A DNA stretch of 64,000 bases from Flavobacteriaceae bacterium (GCA_965221765.1 OZ244911.1:567100-631099), one strand, 5' to 3'; counted from the stretch's first letter, positions 1 through 11,722 are shown. Made by a program: numbers and translations. The notes: a model not told the origin generated them from the letters alone.

Positions 1-700
1 TTTAATGCTCCAATTTTCTGCTTTAGTTAATACTTCATTCACTTTGGGAATATTGTAAGTACTGATGGGGTTTAACGTGAGACGTAACTTGTCTGTTAAT
101 TCACTATTTCCAATGGTTTCCAAAATAGATCCCAATAATGCCCTTGTATAGGGGGGTATTTTTAGCCAATCTCACAAGTTTTCCTTGATCTTCACTAGAT
201 AAGTTTTTTATTATTTCTAACATTCTCTTACATACTGATTGTATTGTAGCATCTAGTATTTTTTTATGTTGCGCAGAATGTCTACTATTTGTAGTAAGAA
301 AATATTCTCTCCGGTGATGATGTTTTTTTTGATGAATGGATATGGTATAGCGACCCCTTGTAAATGCTGGGCGCACATCATTTTTACCAATTTGAATCGT
401 ATTGGGGATTTGTGTTGTTAAACTAAGAGCGTTATAAGTACTAGTTCCTATTAAATAACCAATTTCCCGTCTTTTTGCAAAAGGTCTTTTACAATCTGCG
501 TTTGCTCTGGATCTAGAGTGCCGAAAATGGTGGTTTTCGGTTTATAGTATTTTCTTTTTGAGAGTTTTTCGATTTTTCTTGATTTTACTAAGTCTGTTCA
601 ACACTTTGATAATAGCCTCCCTATTATTCACATTGGGTTTAAAATTCTTATAAGTGAAAAATACCCTTTTGGAAATCTCTTTATATTATCCTTTATAAAT
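1..700 (-). pseudogene. Decayed DUF6088 / AbiEi-like (type IV TA antitoxin-domain) gene, fragmented over several frames; runs off the window edge
   Basis: Minus-strand translation gives these pieces in successive, different frames: AIIKVLNRL / VKSRKIEKLSKRKYYKPKTT / IFGTLDPEQTQIVKDLLQKDGKLVI / GYLIGTSTYNALSLTTQIPNTIQIGKNDVRPAFTRGRYTISIH / IPPYTRALLGSILETIG. Their order resembles the DUF6088/AbiEi family as I remember it. Only 104..376 is an ORF in the track. Confidence 0.35.
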
Positions 701-1062
701 AGGGTGGTTTTCAATTAATTGTACTTTTCGAAAAATATAAAATGTCCAATTTATATATTAAACAACTAGACATTATTTATGTGACTAATGAAGTTTTTCA
801 AATATTCGCCAACAATTTTGGATAGAGAATCAATATCATCTCTTAAATTGGGACAAAGAACAACTTAATGAATAAATCATATTTCATCGACGACTCTCTT
901 GTGTGTTTTTATAGGGGGTTCATCCAACCCATCTATAATGGGTTCATACATAAAAGGGTTAAGGGGATCCCCCTTAGGGCCATTAAAAGAGTCTCTTCAA
1001 TGATTAAAATAACACTGTTCATCATAGGATTTATCCATAAACTTCTTGACTCCCTTTCCAGT

Positions 1063-1602
1063 CTAAGATTCAACCTTTGATTTTGTATCTTTTACTCTAT
1101 CAAAATGATATTGTTTCCTCTTGACCTCATATTCCAGTCGAGAAAGAATTTCTTTTTTATCTTTTGAAGATGAAACCACATCAATACGAAATCCTAATTG
1201 TTGTTTTAAATAGCAATTTCGATGAGGTTCTTGGGAAATCGTAAACCATAGATGGAGATTACCAACTTCATGAACCAATACATAACGGTCCACCTCATCC
1301 CAATAATCACGAGGGCAGCCATTATTCAATAAAATTTTTTCAGTCCATCGAGAACCATAAACATAGTCCTTACTGATGGATTCTAAATCCACAATATGGC
1401 CAGGTTGTAAATCGATCATGCTGATGGTTTTGGTTTTAATGGTCCGAGTGGTTTCTTTTTCATTTTTTTCAGATTGTAGAACAATAGTTTTCATTTCTTT
1501 TTTAATAACTGGTTTTAAGCTTATTGATGAAGATACGACATTATCGAATGACTCCATACCGTTGCCTAGCCAATATGTAAGGTTCCCCCAAAATAGGAGC
1601 AT
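1063..1602 (-). CDS. Hypothetical protein with a degenerate metalloprotease-like motif (VHEVGNLH)
   Basis: 179-aa ORF with no recognisable family. YVLVHEVGNLHLW resembles an ImmA/IrrE-type HExxH with the second His replaced by Asn. The true start may be the internal MESFDN. Confidence 0.35.
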   Translation of the reverse strand: MLLFWGNLTYWLGNGMESFDNVVSSSISLKPVIKKEMKTIVLQSEKNEKETTRTIKTKTISMIDLQPGHIVDLESISKDYVYGSRWTEKILLNNGCPRDYWDEVDRYVLVHEVGNLHLWFTISQEPHRNCYLKQQLGFRIDVVSSSKDKKEILSRLEYEVKRKQYHFDRVKDTKSKVES

Positions 1603-1985
1603 TCAAAATAGAGTTTGAATCTATAAAATGGCCCAAAAGAAGACTGTTTTCGGTTGATGGTTTTTTGATAACTGAAAAAGAAAGTCAATGGGCTTATAAC
1701 CTGATTTGGAAATAATCTGCCACTTTAGTGTGTGATTCTTTTTTTTATAGTCTAAAAATTTAATCTGTTGCGTTTTTATTGAACAATAGCTTACCGTTTA
1801 TCCTTATTTTATGTCTATCCGGTTGAAGTATGCATTGGGCTTATATTATCTACAAGTATTGGTTTAGATTATATGTTAAATTCTGAATGGTGTATTCTTA
1901 GAAATTCATTTACTTTAGGGTTCTCTTTTTTGAACTAAAATATACTTTATACCCTCAAGAAAAACAACATTTTAAATAAATTCTG

Positions 1986-2975
1986 ATGTCGCAAATGGAA
2001 CCCATATTAAAAGAAAACAAAGATCGATTCGTCATTTTTCCAATCCAACACATCGATCTTTGGACTTGGTATAAAATCTGTGAAGCTAGTTTTTGGACCG
2101 CTGAAGAAATTGACTTGAGTAATGATATCACCGACTGGAATGATAAATTGAATGATGACGAACGGTACTTCATCAAGCATATATTGGCTTTTTTCGCCGC
2201 TTCCGATGGTATTGTTAATGAAAATTTAGCTGAAAATTTTGTCAATGAAGTGCAATTCACTGAAGCAAAGTTTTTTTATGGGTTTCAAATCATGATGGAA
2301 AACATTCATTCCGAAACCTATTCATTATTAATTGAAACGTATGTCGAAGATCCCGAAGAAAAAGACCGGCTATTTAAAGCTATTGAAGTGTTCCCAGCTA
2401 TTAAAAAGAAAGCGGATTGGGCACTAAAATGGATTGAGTCAGATTCTTTTGCTGAACGCTTGATTGCTTTTGCAGCCGTTGAAGGAATTTTCTTTTCTGG
2501 TGCATTTTGTTCTATTTTTTGGCTCAAAAAAAGAGGATTGATGCCGGGGTTGACTTTCTCCAATGAATTGATTTCTCGAGATGAAGGAATGCATTGTGAC
2601 TTTGCTGTGCATGTCCATAACAACCATTTGGTTAATAAAGTCCCTAAAAATAGAATTCGAGAAATTCTAGTCGATGCCTTAAATATCGAACGAGAATTCA
2701 TCACAGAATCTCTTCCTGTCCGATTGATTGGTATGAATGCTAATCTGATGACACAATATCTTGAATTTGTTACCGACCGATTGCTCGTTCAATTGGAAGT
2801 AGAAAAAGAATACCATGTGGAAAATCCATTTGATTTCATGGAAATCATTTCTATCGAAGGGAAAACCAACTTTTTTGAAAAGAAAGTTGCTGAATATCAA
2901 AAGGCAGGGGTCAAAAGATCGGCTAGTGATATCGCTTCAGGTATCAAAGAATTTGGCACTGATGAAGAATTTTAA
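1986..2975 (+). CDS. nrdB: Ribonucleoside-diphosphate reductase, class Ia, beta (R2) subunit
   Basis: Eukaryote-like R2. Has the N-terminal [11 protein letters not shown], di-iron ExxH motifs ([19 protein letters not shown]) and an acidic C-terminal tail ending DEEF. It lies directly upstream of nrdA. Confidence 0.95.
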   Translation: MSQMEPILKENKDRFVIFPIQHIDLWTWYKICEASFWTAEEIDLSNDITDWNDKLNDDERYFIKHILAFFAASDGIVNENLAENFVNEVQFTEAKFFYGFQIMMENIHSETYSLLIETYVEDPEEKDRLFKAIEVFPAIKKKADWALKWIESDSFAERLIAFAAVEGIFFSGAFCSIFWLKKRGLMPGLTFSNELISRDEGMHCDFAVHVHNNHLVNKVPKNRIREILVDALNIEREFITESLPVRLIGMNANLMTQYLEFVTDRLLVQLEVEKEYHVENPFDFMEIISIEGKTNFFEKKVAEYQKAGVKRSASDIASGIKEFGTDEEF

Positions 2976-3008
2976 TACCCCTAGAACCCATTAAATCAAT
3001 ATAGAGCA

Positions 3009-5447
3009 ATGTTTGTCATAAAAAGAGGTGGGCGGAAAGAAGCCGTCATGCTAGATAAAATTACTGCGCGGGTAGCTCAGTTGTGTTATGGTTTAAGTGA
3101 TATCGTTGAGCCAGTACGTGTGACTTTAAAAGTCATCGAGGGAATGTATGATGGGGTTACCACCTCAGAACTAGACAATTTAGCTGCTGAAATCGCTGCT
3201 ACTCTAGCCACAACGCATCCAGATTATGCCCTTTTAGCTGCCCGAATTGCTGTTTCTAACCTCCATAAAAACACAGAAAAGTCATTTTCCAAAACCATGG
3301 AGTCCCTCTATTCGTATGTCAATCCTAAAACCAATAAAAAAGCGCCACTACTTTCGGATGAAGTCTATAAAATCATTGAAAATAATGCTGAAAAACTAGA
3401 TTCTCATATTATCACTAGTCGAGATTATGACTATGATTATTTCGGGTTTAAAACCCTAGAGCGATCCTATCTACTGAGAATTAATAATCAAGTGGTAGAA
3501 CGGCCACAACACATGCTCATGAGAGTTAGTGTAGGGATACACTTTGATGATATTGAGGCCGTTTTGGAAACTTATGAAATGATGTCCAAACGCTATTTTA
3601 CTCATGCAACACCGACTTTATTCAATTCTGGCACTCCAAAACCTCAAATGTCTTCTTGTTTTTTATTGACCATGCAAGACGATAGTATAGAAGGCATCTA
3701 CAACACACTAAAACAAACTGCGAAAATTTCTCAATCTGCTGGAGGAATTGGCTTATCCGTTCACAACATCAGGGCTACTGGTTCCTATATTGCTGGAACC
3801 AATGGCACCTCTAATGGAATTGTTCCTATGCTCCGTGTCTTTAATGATACCGCAAGGTATGTTGATCAGGGGGGGGGGAAACGAAAAGGATCTTTTGCTA
3901 TTTATATCGAGCCCTGGCATGCAGATATTTTAGAATTTCTTGACTTAAAAAAGAATCATGGAAAAGAAGAAATGCGTGCGCGAGATTTATTTTATGCCAT
4001 GTGGGTGCCTGATTTATTTATGAAAAGAGTGGAAAATGATGAGAAATGGACCTTGATGTGCCCCAATGAGTGTCCTAGTCTTTATGATATCCATGGAGAA
4101 AAATTTGAAAAGCTTTATGAGCATTATGAATCTGAAAATAAAGGTCGAAAGCAAATTGATGCTCGAAAATTATGGTTTAAAATTCTAGAATCTCAAATCG
4201 AAACAGGGACGCCTTATATGCTCTATAAAGATCATGCCAATAGAAAATCAAATCAAAAGAACTTAGGAACTATTCGTTCTTCGAACTTATGCGCCGAAAT
4301 CATAGAGTACACTTCAAAAGATGAAATAGCTGTCTGTAATTTAGCATCCATCGCTTTGCCAATGTATGTGACTGAACATGGAGAATTTGACCATGACGAA
4401 TTATACAAAGTCACTAGATTGATTACGCGGAACCTCAATCGAGTCATCGATAGAAACTATTATCCCGTCATTGAAGCCAAAAATTCCAATATTAGACATC
4501 GGCCCATTGGGATTGGGGTCCAAGGTCTTGCCGATACCTTCATCAAGCTACGTTATCCTTTTACTTCTGATGAAGCTCAAAAGTTAAATAAAGATATTTT
4601 TGAAACCATTTATTTTGCTGCCGTCACGGCCTCTTATGAAGAAGCTCTTAAGGATGGCCCCTATCAATCATTTAAAGGATCCCCTATTTCAAAAGGGGAA
4701 TTTCAATATAATTTATGGGGATTAACAGATGAGGATATGAGTGGTCGCTGGGATTGGGCGTATCTTCGTAAAAAAGTGGTGAAGCATGGTGTTCGAAATT
4801 CATTATTATTATCCCCAATGCCCACAGCTTCTACATCTCAAATCCTTGGAAACAATGAGTGTATCGAACCTTATACCACCAACATGTACGCTAGAAGAGT
4901 GATTTCTGGTGAATTTGTTGTGGTCAATAAACATTTATTAAAAGATTTGGTTGATATGGGATTATGGAACGAAGATTTAAAACAAGAATTGATGCGATCC
5001 AATGGATCCATACAGCATATTGAAGGGATTCCAAATGATTTAAAAGAGTTGTACCGAACCGTTTGGGAGTTAAAAATGAAAGACATCATCGATATGGCTA
5101 GACATCGAGGTTATTTTATTGATCAAAGCCAATCATTAAATCTCTTCATGGAAGATCCCACCGAAAAGAAATTGACTTCAATGCATTTTTATGCTTGGCG
5201 CTCAGGACTTAAAACTGGCATGTATTATTTGCGTACCAAAGCGGCTGTTGACCCAACCAAATTCACCATTGATATCACCAAAAAGCAAGTAGAAAAAGTA
5301 AAAGTGGCAGAAACGACGGTCAAGCCAAAAACTGACGCGACCAAGCAAAATGTCCCCACTGAACCCATTAATCCAGAAGAGCTGAGAAGTTTAATCGACA
5401 CTAGTCGTGGAGGAGACCAAGATGATTGCGAAATGTGCGGCAGTTAA
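3009..5447 (+). CDS. nrdA: Ribonucleoside-diphosphate reductase, class Ia, alpha (R1) subunit
   Basis: N-terminal ATP-cone ([16 protein letters not shown]), active-site [26 protein letters not shown], and a C-terminal redox Cys pair (CEMCGS). 812 aa. Confidence 0.95.
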   Translation: MFVIKRGGRKEAVMLDKITARVAQLCYGLSDIVEPVRVTLKVIEGMYDGVTTSELDNLAAEIAATLATTHPDYALLAARIAVSNLHKNTEKSFSKTMESLYSYVNPKTNKKAPLLSDEVYKIIENNAEKLDSHIITSRDYDYDYFGFKTLERSYLLRINNQVVERPQHMLMRVSVGIHFDDIEAVLETYEMMSKRYFTHATPTLFNSGTPKPQMSSCFLLTMQDDSIEGIYNTLKQTAKISQSAGGIGLSVHNIRATGSYIAGTNGTSNGIVPMLRVFNDTARYVDQGGGKRKGSFAIYIEPWHADILEFLDLKKNHGKEEMRARDLFYAMWVPDLFMKRVENDEKWTLMCPNECPSLYDIHGEKFEKLYEHYESENKGRKQIDARKLWFKILESQIETGTPYMLYKDHANRKSNQKNLGTIRSSNLCAEIIEYTSKDEIAVCNLASIALPMYVTEHGEFDHDELYKVTRLITRNLNRVIDRNYYPVIEAKNSNIRHRPIGIGVQGLADTFIKLRYPFTSDEAQKLNKDIFETIYFAAVTASYEEALKDGPYQSFKGSPISKGEFQYNLWGLTDEDMSGRWDWAYLRKKVVKHGVRNSLLLSPMPTASTSQILGNNECIEPYTTNMYARRVISGEFVVVNKHLLKDLVDMGLWNEDLKQELMRSNGSIQHIEGIPNDLKELYRTVWELKMKDIIDMARHRGYFIDQSQSLNLFMEDPTEKKLTSMHFYAWRSGLKTGMYYLRTKAAVDPTKFTIDITKKQVEKVKVAETTVKPKTDATKQNVPTEPINPEELRSLIDTSRGGDQDDCEMCGS

Positions 5448-5479
5448 ATATGAATCATTTTACTCCTCTATAAAGAGTT

Positions 5480-5677
5480 TTATTCGTTATAATCTTCGCA
5501 ATTATATTTTTTAGCGATAACTTCCCTATGGAACCGAAACTCATCTTTAATATCTTTTCGAACACTTTCTAGGGGAACTCTTTCTTCTAATATTTTAATG
5601 CCTAAATTGATGTTTGATGCATATGGATGAACGAAATTCCTTATCGCTTTGACTCCACTGTTGTTTTTGATTATCAA
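5480..5677 (-). CDS. Small hypothetical protein; may be a fragment of a longer disrupted gene
   Basis: 65-aa ORF. The sequence just upstream on the same strand reads on in another frame (QSLRDLKKEVLGIDNQKQQW). No family recognised. Confidence 0.2.
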   Translation of the reverse strand: MIIKNNSGVKAIRNFVHPYASNINLGIKILEERVPLESVRKDIKDEFRFHREVIAKKYNCEDYNE

Positions 5678-6121
5678 TTCCTAAAACTTCTTTTTTGAGA
5701 TCTCTAAGCGATTGCATTTCTGCATTTTCTCTTGTTTTTCTTTATACGCTTTCTATTTCGAAGCTACATTTTCAAGAAAAATAAACAATCTGAAATAGAT
5801 TCGCAATGAAAACAATGCATAAACCAATCGTTAGCCAAGGATATCAAAAGTCCATTTAAGGTAATTCACATCTTGTTGCATGTACTATAAAATGGTTATA
5901 TCCGACATGTTTGTATGATTTCATTTGCAATATACGCCTTTCATTATCTTGAATCATAAAAAACGATATCAGCCCTTTATCCATTGTGATTCTTTGACAA
6001 AATATATAGAACCTAATGCATCGTTTATTGATAACTCTACCATTGGGCACCGTTTAAACCAAGTTTATCAGACATTCATGATGATTATGCGATCTTTTAT
6101 TTTCTGGGTGTATCTTTATCC

Positions 6122-7255
6122 CTAGATAGCAGACTTTGAAAGATAATTCATCGTATCGTCTTGAAAACCTAATTTCTCTTGAACAATGTCCTTTGTGATT
6201 TCAATTTTCTGATTTCTATATCGATGAATTTCAAATCTATATTCCTTTAATACCTTTTCACAAATGGCTTGTAAGCCCCTAGCACCTTTTTTTCATTAAT
6301 AGCTTGAACCGCTACTTCCTCCAAAGCTTCTTGAGTAAACTCTAACTGAATCCTATCAACTGAAAATATTAGTTTGTATTGTTTTATGATCGAGTTTTTT
6401 GGTTCTGTTAAAATTCTAACCAAGGCTTCTATATCTAGTGGATTCGTATGAGTAATGTTGGGGATTCTACCTATAAGTTCAGGGATATAATTATATTTTT
6501 AAGTCCTCTGTCGTAACATGGGATAGTACATACTCTTTTTGACACTTGTTTTTCGGATTTTTATTAAATCCTAATTGCACTCCACCTCTTCTTCTTTCAA
6601 TAATTTTATCTAATCCCTCATGAGCGCCCGTACAAATGAATAACATATTGGTTGTATCCAAATTGATATCCCCACTTCTACTCCCATTGGTTCTCCCTCC
6701 TATTGGAATATTCATGACACTACCTTCAAACATTTTTAATAGTTCTGATTGAATATTGGTCACTAATTTCCATAAAATCGAAGCTCTTCCACAGACTTTG
6801 TCAATCTCATCGATATAGACAATCCCCCATTGGGCTTCTTCTGTTTCAAACTTCGTTAGTGGTTGAATGAGGCTCTCAACATCATTTCCTAGATAACTAG
6901 TCTCAGAAATATTCGTCATCGATCCTTCTGCAAATGGAATATTCATGATATGACACAAGCTTCTTACCATTTCAGTCTTTCCGGTTCCCGATGGACCGAG
7001 CATCAATACATTTGATTTTTTGACTTCATGTCCCCATTGAAACAACTTTTTTCGCTGTAAATGATCATAAACTGAGACACAGAGGACTAGCTTGATCTTG
7101 TCCAATGATGTATTTATCCAACTTCTTTTTAATTTCTAATGGCGAATGAAACTCGAGTTTGTGATAATTATCACTTTCTTGTTCATCTTAATATTTAAAC
7201 TGTTATTTTGTTCTGATATGTCCCTATTTAATTGATTGGTGAATTTGTTATCCAT
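6122..7255 (-). pseudogene. ClpX-like AAA+ ATPase paralogue without an N-terminal zinc finger, disrupted by several frameshifts
   Basis: The track ORF 6491..7105 carries Walker A (LMLGPSGTGKTE) and Walker B (VYIDEIDKV). Upstream in another frame is LEIKKKLDKYIIGQDQA, the ClpX IGQ motif. Downstream in other frames are YIPELIGRIPNITHTNPLDIEALVRILTEPKNSIIKQYKLIFSVDRIQLEFTQEALEEVAVQAINEKK and then GARGLQAICEKVL (sensor-2). One frame break falls in an A7 run. Confidence 0.6.
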
Positions 7256-7473
7256 TATTTAACTCATCATTTCATGAATTTTATTACTTGCCATGTTCAA
7301 CGATCTAGTTCCCATTATTCTTTAGTTACTCGCTTTCTCGAGATTTGACTTTCCGCTTGTCTTTACCCATAATTTATCTCCGAATTTTATAGATAATTGA
7401 CGCTATAACATTGAAACTAGATATTATTTTAAAACCGTAGAATTACAAATTAAATTTATTTATAATAAATTAT

Positions 7474-8885
7474 AGAGACCTTTGAATAATGCAAAATCAA
7501 AAAAAATGGGGTGTGATGGGGAAATTATTTTTTCTTTTCAGCCATTGAGTCTCTCATTCGATGTGATTTTCTTCCAAAAAATCACGCTATTTTTCTGATT
7601 TTGGCCTCTTTGGCTCCTTTTTCCCCTCATGGTTGAGCCGAATACGGCTTTGAGAACTTCTTTTTCGATCATCTCCCTTTTTAAGTTGGCATGAGAGCCA
7701 TCATACTCGGTGATCTCTTTCAATGCTAGGCCATCGACTCCAAAATAGGTTGATGATGGACTTTTTCCAGTCCCTTGAGTCGGGTCACTTGACCCTAGAA
7801 CCAGCGAGCCAAACCACCAACGGTCTGTTCCACCACCCAAGGTTCTTTACTGATGGGGTTGTTTCGTTCTTTCTGTGGCTCGGTCAAGGGCTTGTGACCA
7901 TAGCCCTTTTCCATCACTAAGGATGCACTCCCCATGGCCTCTAAGAGCTGGGCATTTTCTTTTGATGGGTCCCCTTTATCGGCCAAGACTCGTTGTCGTT
8001 CTTCGACCCAAAGGCCTTCCATCAAAGGCTGGAGACCTCTGGACGGTCCTGTTCATTGGCAGCCACCGTATGCACCCCCCCCCCTAAAATCAAGCCTTTT
8101 TCGGTCGTGGCCATGGGCCGTTTATACCCATCGTACGTCTTTTTTCTTTTTTTAAACCAACGGGCTTCATGGTCGGCGTTGGGACGGTCTTCCTGTTTTT
8201 CTTCATCATAACTCTGTTCAGCTTGAAGTTCTGACTCTTCACGCTGGTCTTCTTTTGGGTCTTGAGTCATTTTTTTGGGTTGACTTTTGGGGGTGAAGGG
8301 ACCGGTGGTGATGCAGGCATCCACCACCGCCCTGCCTTGAATGATCACGGCCTTTTGGGTGAGTTGTCCATGGACTTGCTCCATGATCTTTTGATAGCGC
8401 TTTTTGGCCGTCAACGCCGAACGAAAGCCAGACCGCCTGCTGTAATCGGGGACGGCATCTTCCCTATCTAAACCACAAAAAGCCGTGAAACGGATGCGGT
8501 CTTTAATGAACTCTTGGGTTCGAACATCCCAGAGGTGGAACCCGACAGAGAGGAGTGGCCTATTCAACAAAATCATCGGATGATCAGCCTTTTGGCCTCG
8601 TTGTTTTTTGCCCAATGTATCGTTTTCAACCCATAAAGCCTCCAGGGGCTCCCAATCGATCAGGTCATGGACTTGATTGAACAACGGTGGGGTCGTTGTG
8701 CGACTCCGCCCTTGATGGAGATTCAAAAAACGCATGGGGTTGGATTCATACGATTTGAAGTGATTCATCACGCGTACCATAGACCAAAAAAAAATGATAA
8801 AAACCAATGGTCAAATAAAAAAAAGAGATTTCGACCCAAACCCTTTATCTTAGCAAAAAACCGAAATTTTAGGGCAAAGGTCTCT
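7474..8885 (-). mobile_element. IS5-family insertion sequence with a decayed transposase, compositionally foreign (GC-rich)
   Basis: An 11-bp inverted repeat, AGAGACCTTTG at 7474..7484 and CAAAGGTCTCT at 8875..8885, brackets the transposase fragments. TAT is present immediately outside both ends, a possible 3-bp target duplication. The interior is clearly more GC-rich than the flanks. Confidence 0.55.
7538..8807 (-). pseudogene. IS5-family (DUF772 + DDE) transposase, split over three frames
   Basis: 8022..8807 has an N-terminal DUF772-like part (IRFTAFCGLDREDAVPDYSRRSGFRSAL) and the start of the DDE domain (ILGGGVHTVAANEQD). 7795..8025 continues with VLADKGDPSKENAQLLEAMG...KPLTEPQKERNNPISKEPWVVEQTVGGLARWF. 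The C-terminal end is in a third frame (7538..7840). Confidence 0.65.
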
Positions 8886-9674
8886 TATTGTATATTACAA
8901 AACTTGTTTTGTATTTGAATTACCCTAAAGTACTTCTTAGCTTTGTTTTTGCTAAACAATTTGGGTTCATTATCTATCCACCATCAAATATGGAAATGAA
9001 CAAAACAAAAAAGATATCAATCTCCCTCATTCAAAATCAACTCGTGTCATTCGCCTGGTCATTCCCCATTCAGTAAAAGATCGCTTTGAAGAGCGTTATT
9101 GGTCTTAACTAAAAAAAGAGCGAGCCTATGGGAAAACGAGCCGACATGATTTTATTGCTCTAGTCATTGATTTTCTGGATGATAAAAATTTAACCCCAGC
9201 TCCAAAAGATTTTGTTCGGTGGATCACTCGAAAAGGGAAACCGTCTCTTTCATCGTTCAAATAACCGATGAACATTATAACAACTATTTAAAACTGATAT
9301 ATCATTTCGATCTAGGAAAAAAAGAGCCAACAGTATCCTCATTTATTCCACAATTTTTAGAAATGGCTTCGGAAAAATTAGGCTATCCTTAATTTTTTTC
9401 GCCACACCAAAATCTATCTTTTCGAATTCCCTTTCCTATTCAAAATATGCTGGATTCATCGAGCCATTTCTGCTCCAATAATCCAAAACATTTCCGATTT
9501 ATTCAAAATTTTATACGACATGACTTCCTATTGAAGTCCAAAGAAAGACTCTCAGTTCAATCGATTTTATCAGTCAAACCTAATGCTTTTTTGTTGATTC
9601 TATATTCCAATATGAACTTAATGTTAACTAAATAAGAATTTTATATTATCTTTGAGTTAACTAAATATTATCAA

Positions 9675-10040
9675 ATGATGAAAATAACTATTTTTTTACT
9701 GTGTTTCGCTGTATTCACTATGGCCATATCCCAAGAAACTGAAAGAAGTATTTCATACCATCAAGAAGGGAATGTGATTCAATTTATGGAATATCACAAT
9801 AATGGAAAATTAGCTCAAATTGGTCAAATTCGTGATCATTTAAATGATGGATTGTGGTCCGCTTATGATGATGATGGGCGAAAAATTGCTGAAGGACGTT
9901 ATGAGAAAGGAATGCGGGTTTCTAAGTGGTTTTTTTGGGATGATGATTCATTAATTGAAGTCGATTTTGAAGACAACAAAATTATCAAAGTGATTCGTTG
10001 GGGTCAAAGTCAAATTATCGCTGCTACTCAAAATCTTTGA
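9675..10040 (+). CDS. Secreted MORN-repeat-variant (YwqK-like) protein
   Basis: Signal peptide MMKITIFLLCFAVFTMAISQ. Repeated G-x-W/Y-x-x-Y-x-x-x-G-type units (NGKLAQIGQIRDHLNDGLWSAYDDDGRKIAEGRYEKGMRVSKWFFW). Confidence 0.55.
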   Translation: MMKITIFLLCFAVFTMAISQETERSISYHQEGNVIQFMEYHNNGKLAQIGQIRDHLNDGLWSAYDDDGRKIAEGRYEKGMRVSKWFFWDDDSLIEVDFEDNKIIKVIRWGQSQIIAATQNL

Positions 10041-10063
10041 TGATTATAATGTCCATCTGATTC

Positions 10064-11692
10064 CTAATCTATATTGACACTTTGGTTTTTAGATTTTCTT
10101 TGTTCTAACTGATATTTTTTTAAAACATTGCGATGGCTTCTGATGATAAGCAGCACTACAACTAAAGCAATGGCTATGACAGAAATGAGTTTCCCAATGT
10201 GTAAAAGAGTCAATATGATAGCACTAACAGTAAACGCAGCGATGGCAGTGATAAACCATCCACCAATAACATTAATCACCCCAGAAACTCGATGAACGGC
10301 ACTTCCTTTTTGCCATGCTCGATCGGCCAACGAGGTACCCATAGCAACCATAAAAGTGACATAGGTGGTTGATAAGGGCAATTTTAATGTTGTGGCCCAT
10401 GAAATCAATAATGCCGCCACAACCAAATTGATGGAGGCTCTGATTTGATCAAAAGCAGGTCGAATTACATTGATTCGAGCTAACTCAATGGGCTGAAATC
10501 GCTGGGTCATCCAAGATTTAAGTTTTAATGGTAATAATCCAACCAATAATTGATTAACGCTATTGAAGGCTCTTACTAGACCGATGGCCAATAGATTTGA
10601 TTTAAAGCGTTCATCTACTTGATGTTGATTTGAGAGATCAATCGATGTTTTGACCACTCTCTTTGCTTTAGCATTGACCCAAAGGGTCACCACCATGATT
10701 ACTCCGGCAATGATAAGAAAGATGATGGGGGTTTTTACTTGACCAGCCATATCTACCATCGAAAATTCAGTTGCTGAAATACCCGAGGCTATCCAAATTT
10801 GAAATGACTGAAAAGCCGCTATCGGGACCCCGATAAAATTGACCAAATCATTTCCAGCAAAAGCCAATGCAAGAGCAAATGTTCCAACGCCAATAATCAA
10901 CTTATAAATATTCACTTTTGCTAGCGTCTGTAATAAATGTGAGATGAAAGTCCAAAATAAAGTGCTGAATCCTAGAACAACTAAACTATTGGTTTGAATG
11001 TATTCTGGTAGCGATAATCCACCAAGTGAATCATAGGTCATCTCTGCATAAGCGCTTCCCTTGATGCCCTTTATAAAAATAAAATAACCCAAAGCGGATA
11101 GTGCAATACCTCCAAATAGTGCGTTCATCCATTTTCGCCATTTGTTTATTTGAAAACCCAATGCCAATCGAACAATCCATTGGATGATTGATCCCGCCGT
11201 AAATGCAATACCCACCGAAAGCAAAATGCCGATGATGATTTCTAATGATTGATCGGTATTGATATAATTATAAAGGAAGGAGATTCCTTGTTCCGACTCC
11301 AAAAGTTTGATGACCGACATGGCTACAGCCGCCCCCAAAAGCTCAAAAACAATCGATACCGTGGTCGATGTTGGCAGACCTAATGTATTGAAAAAATCAA
11401 GCAATAAAATATCGGTCAACATGACGGCTAAAAAAATAAAAATGATTTCGTCAAAAAAAAACTCTGATGGATTGAAAATTCCTTTTCTGGCAACTTCCAT
11501 CATTCCGCTAGAAAAAATCGCCCCAACGATAATTCCCAAACTAGCATAAATCATGAGCCTCCTAAAAGGAATCACTCGTGAACCAATGGCAGAACTCAAA
11601 AAATTGACAGCATCATTGCTGACCCCCACAATTAAATCTCCTATTGCCAGCAGACAAATCAGAATGACAATCAGTAAAAAAACATATTCCAT
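10064..11692 (-). CDS. Inorganic phosphate transporter, PiT (PHO4) family
   Basis: Polytopic membrane protein with the duplicated PiT signature (GVSNDAVNFLSSAIGS and AGNDLVNFIGVPIAA). 542 aa. Confidence 0.85.
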   Translation of the reverse strand: MEYVFLLIVILICLLAIGDLIVGVSNDAVNFLSSAIGSRVIPFRRLMIYASLGIIVGAIFSSGMMEVARKGIFNPSEFFFDEIIFIFLAVMLTDILLLDFFNTLGLPTSTTVSIVFELLGAAVAMSVIKLLESEQGISFLYNYINTDQSLEIIIGILLSVGIAFTAGSIIQWIVRLALGFQINKWRKWMNALFGGIALSALGYFIFIKGIKGSAYAEMTYDSLGGLSLPEYIQTNSLVVLGFSTLFWTFISHLLQTLAKVNIYKLIIGVGTFALALAFAGNDLVNFIGVPIAAFQSFQIWIASGISATEFSMVDMAGQVKTPIIFLIIAGVIMVVTLWVNAKAKRVVKTSIDLSNQHQVDERFKSNLLAIGLVRAFNSVNQLLVGLLPLKLKSWMTQRFQPIELARINVIRPAFDQIRASINLVVAALLISWATTLKLPLSTTYVTFMVAMGTSLADRAWQKGSAVHRVSGVINVIGGWFITAIAAFTVSAIILTLLHIGKLISVIAIALVVVLLIIRSHRNVLKKYQLEQRKSKNQSVNID

Positions 11693-11722
11693 TAAAGATA
11701 GTCGATGCTTATAACCCCAATA

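Noticed and set aside
868-1080. 70-aa plus-strand ORF
   Set aside because: No motifs, odd composition, and it overlaps the end of the minus-strand 1063..1602 ORF. Likely spurious.
1620-1985. Cobalamin riboswitch or NrdR boxes in the long leader upstream of nrdB
   Set aside because: A TGCCACTTT string at about 1720 resembles part of a B12 box, but I found none of the other conserved riboswitch elements and no palindromic NrdR-box pair. This cannot be excluded without a covariance-model scan.
3869-3878. G10 tract in nrdA as a frameshift or phase-variation site
   Set aside because: The tract is in frame (DQGGGKRKG) within an intact 812-aa essential gene. I report it only as part of the homopolymer census.
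7723-8211. Plus-strand ORFs (7723..7920, 7875..8087, 7934..8155, 7993..8211) inside the IS element
   Set aside because: They are antisense to clear IS5 transposase fragments in a GC-rich segment. No motifs are present, so they are likely spurious.
8990-9400. Possible remnant of a ribbon-helix-helix / DUF3408-like mobilisation-associated gene (MEMNKTKK..., TRVIRLVIPHSVKDRFEERY, RAYGKTSRHDFIALVIDFLDDK, FIPQFLEMASEKLGYP)
   Set aside because: The pieces are short, in different frames, and separated by stops. Similarity to any family is only impressionistic.
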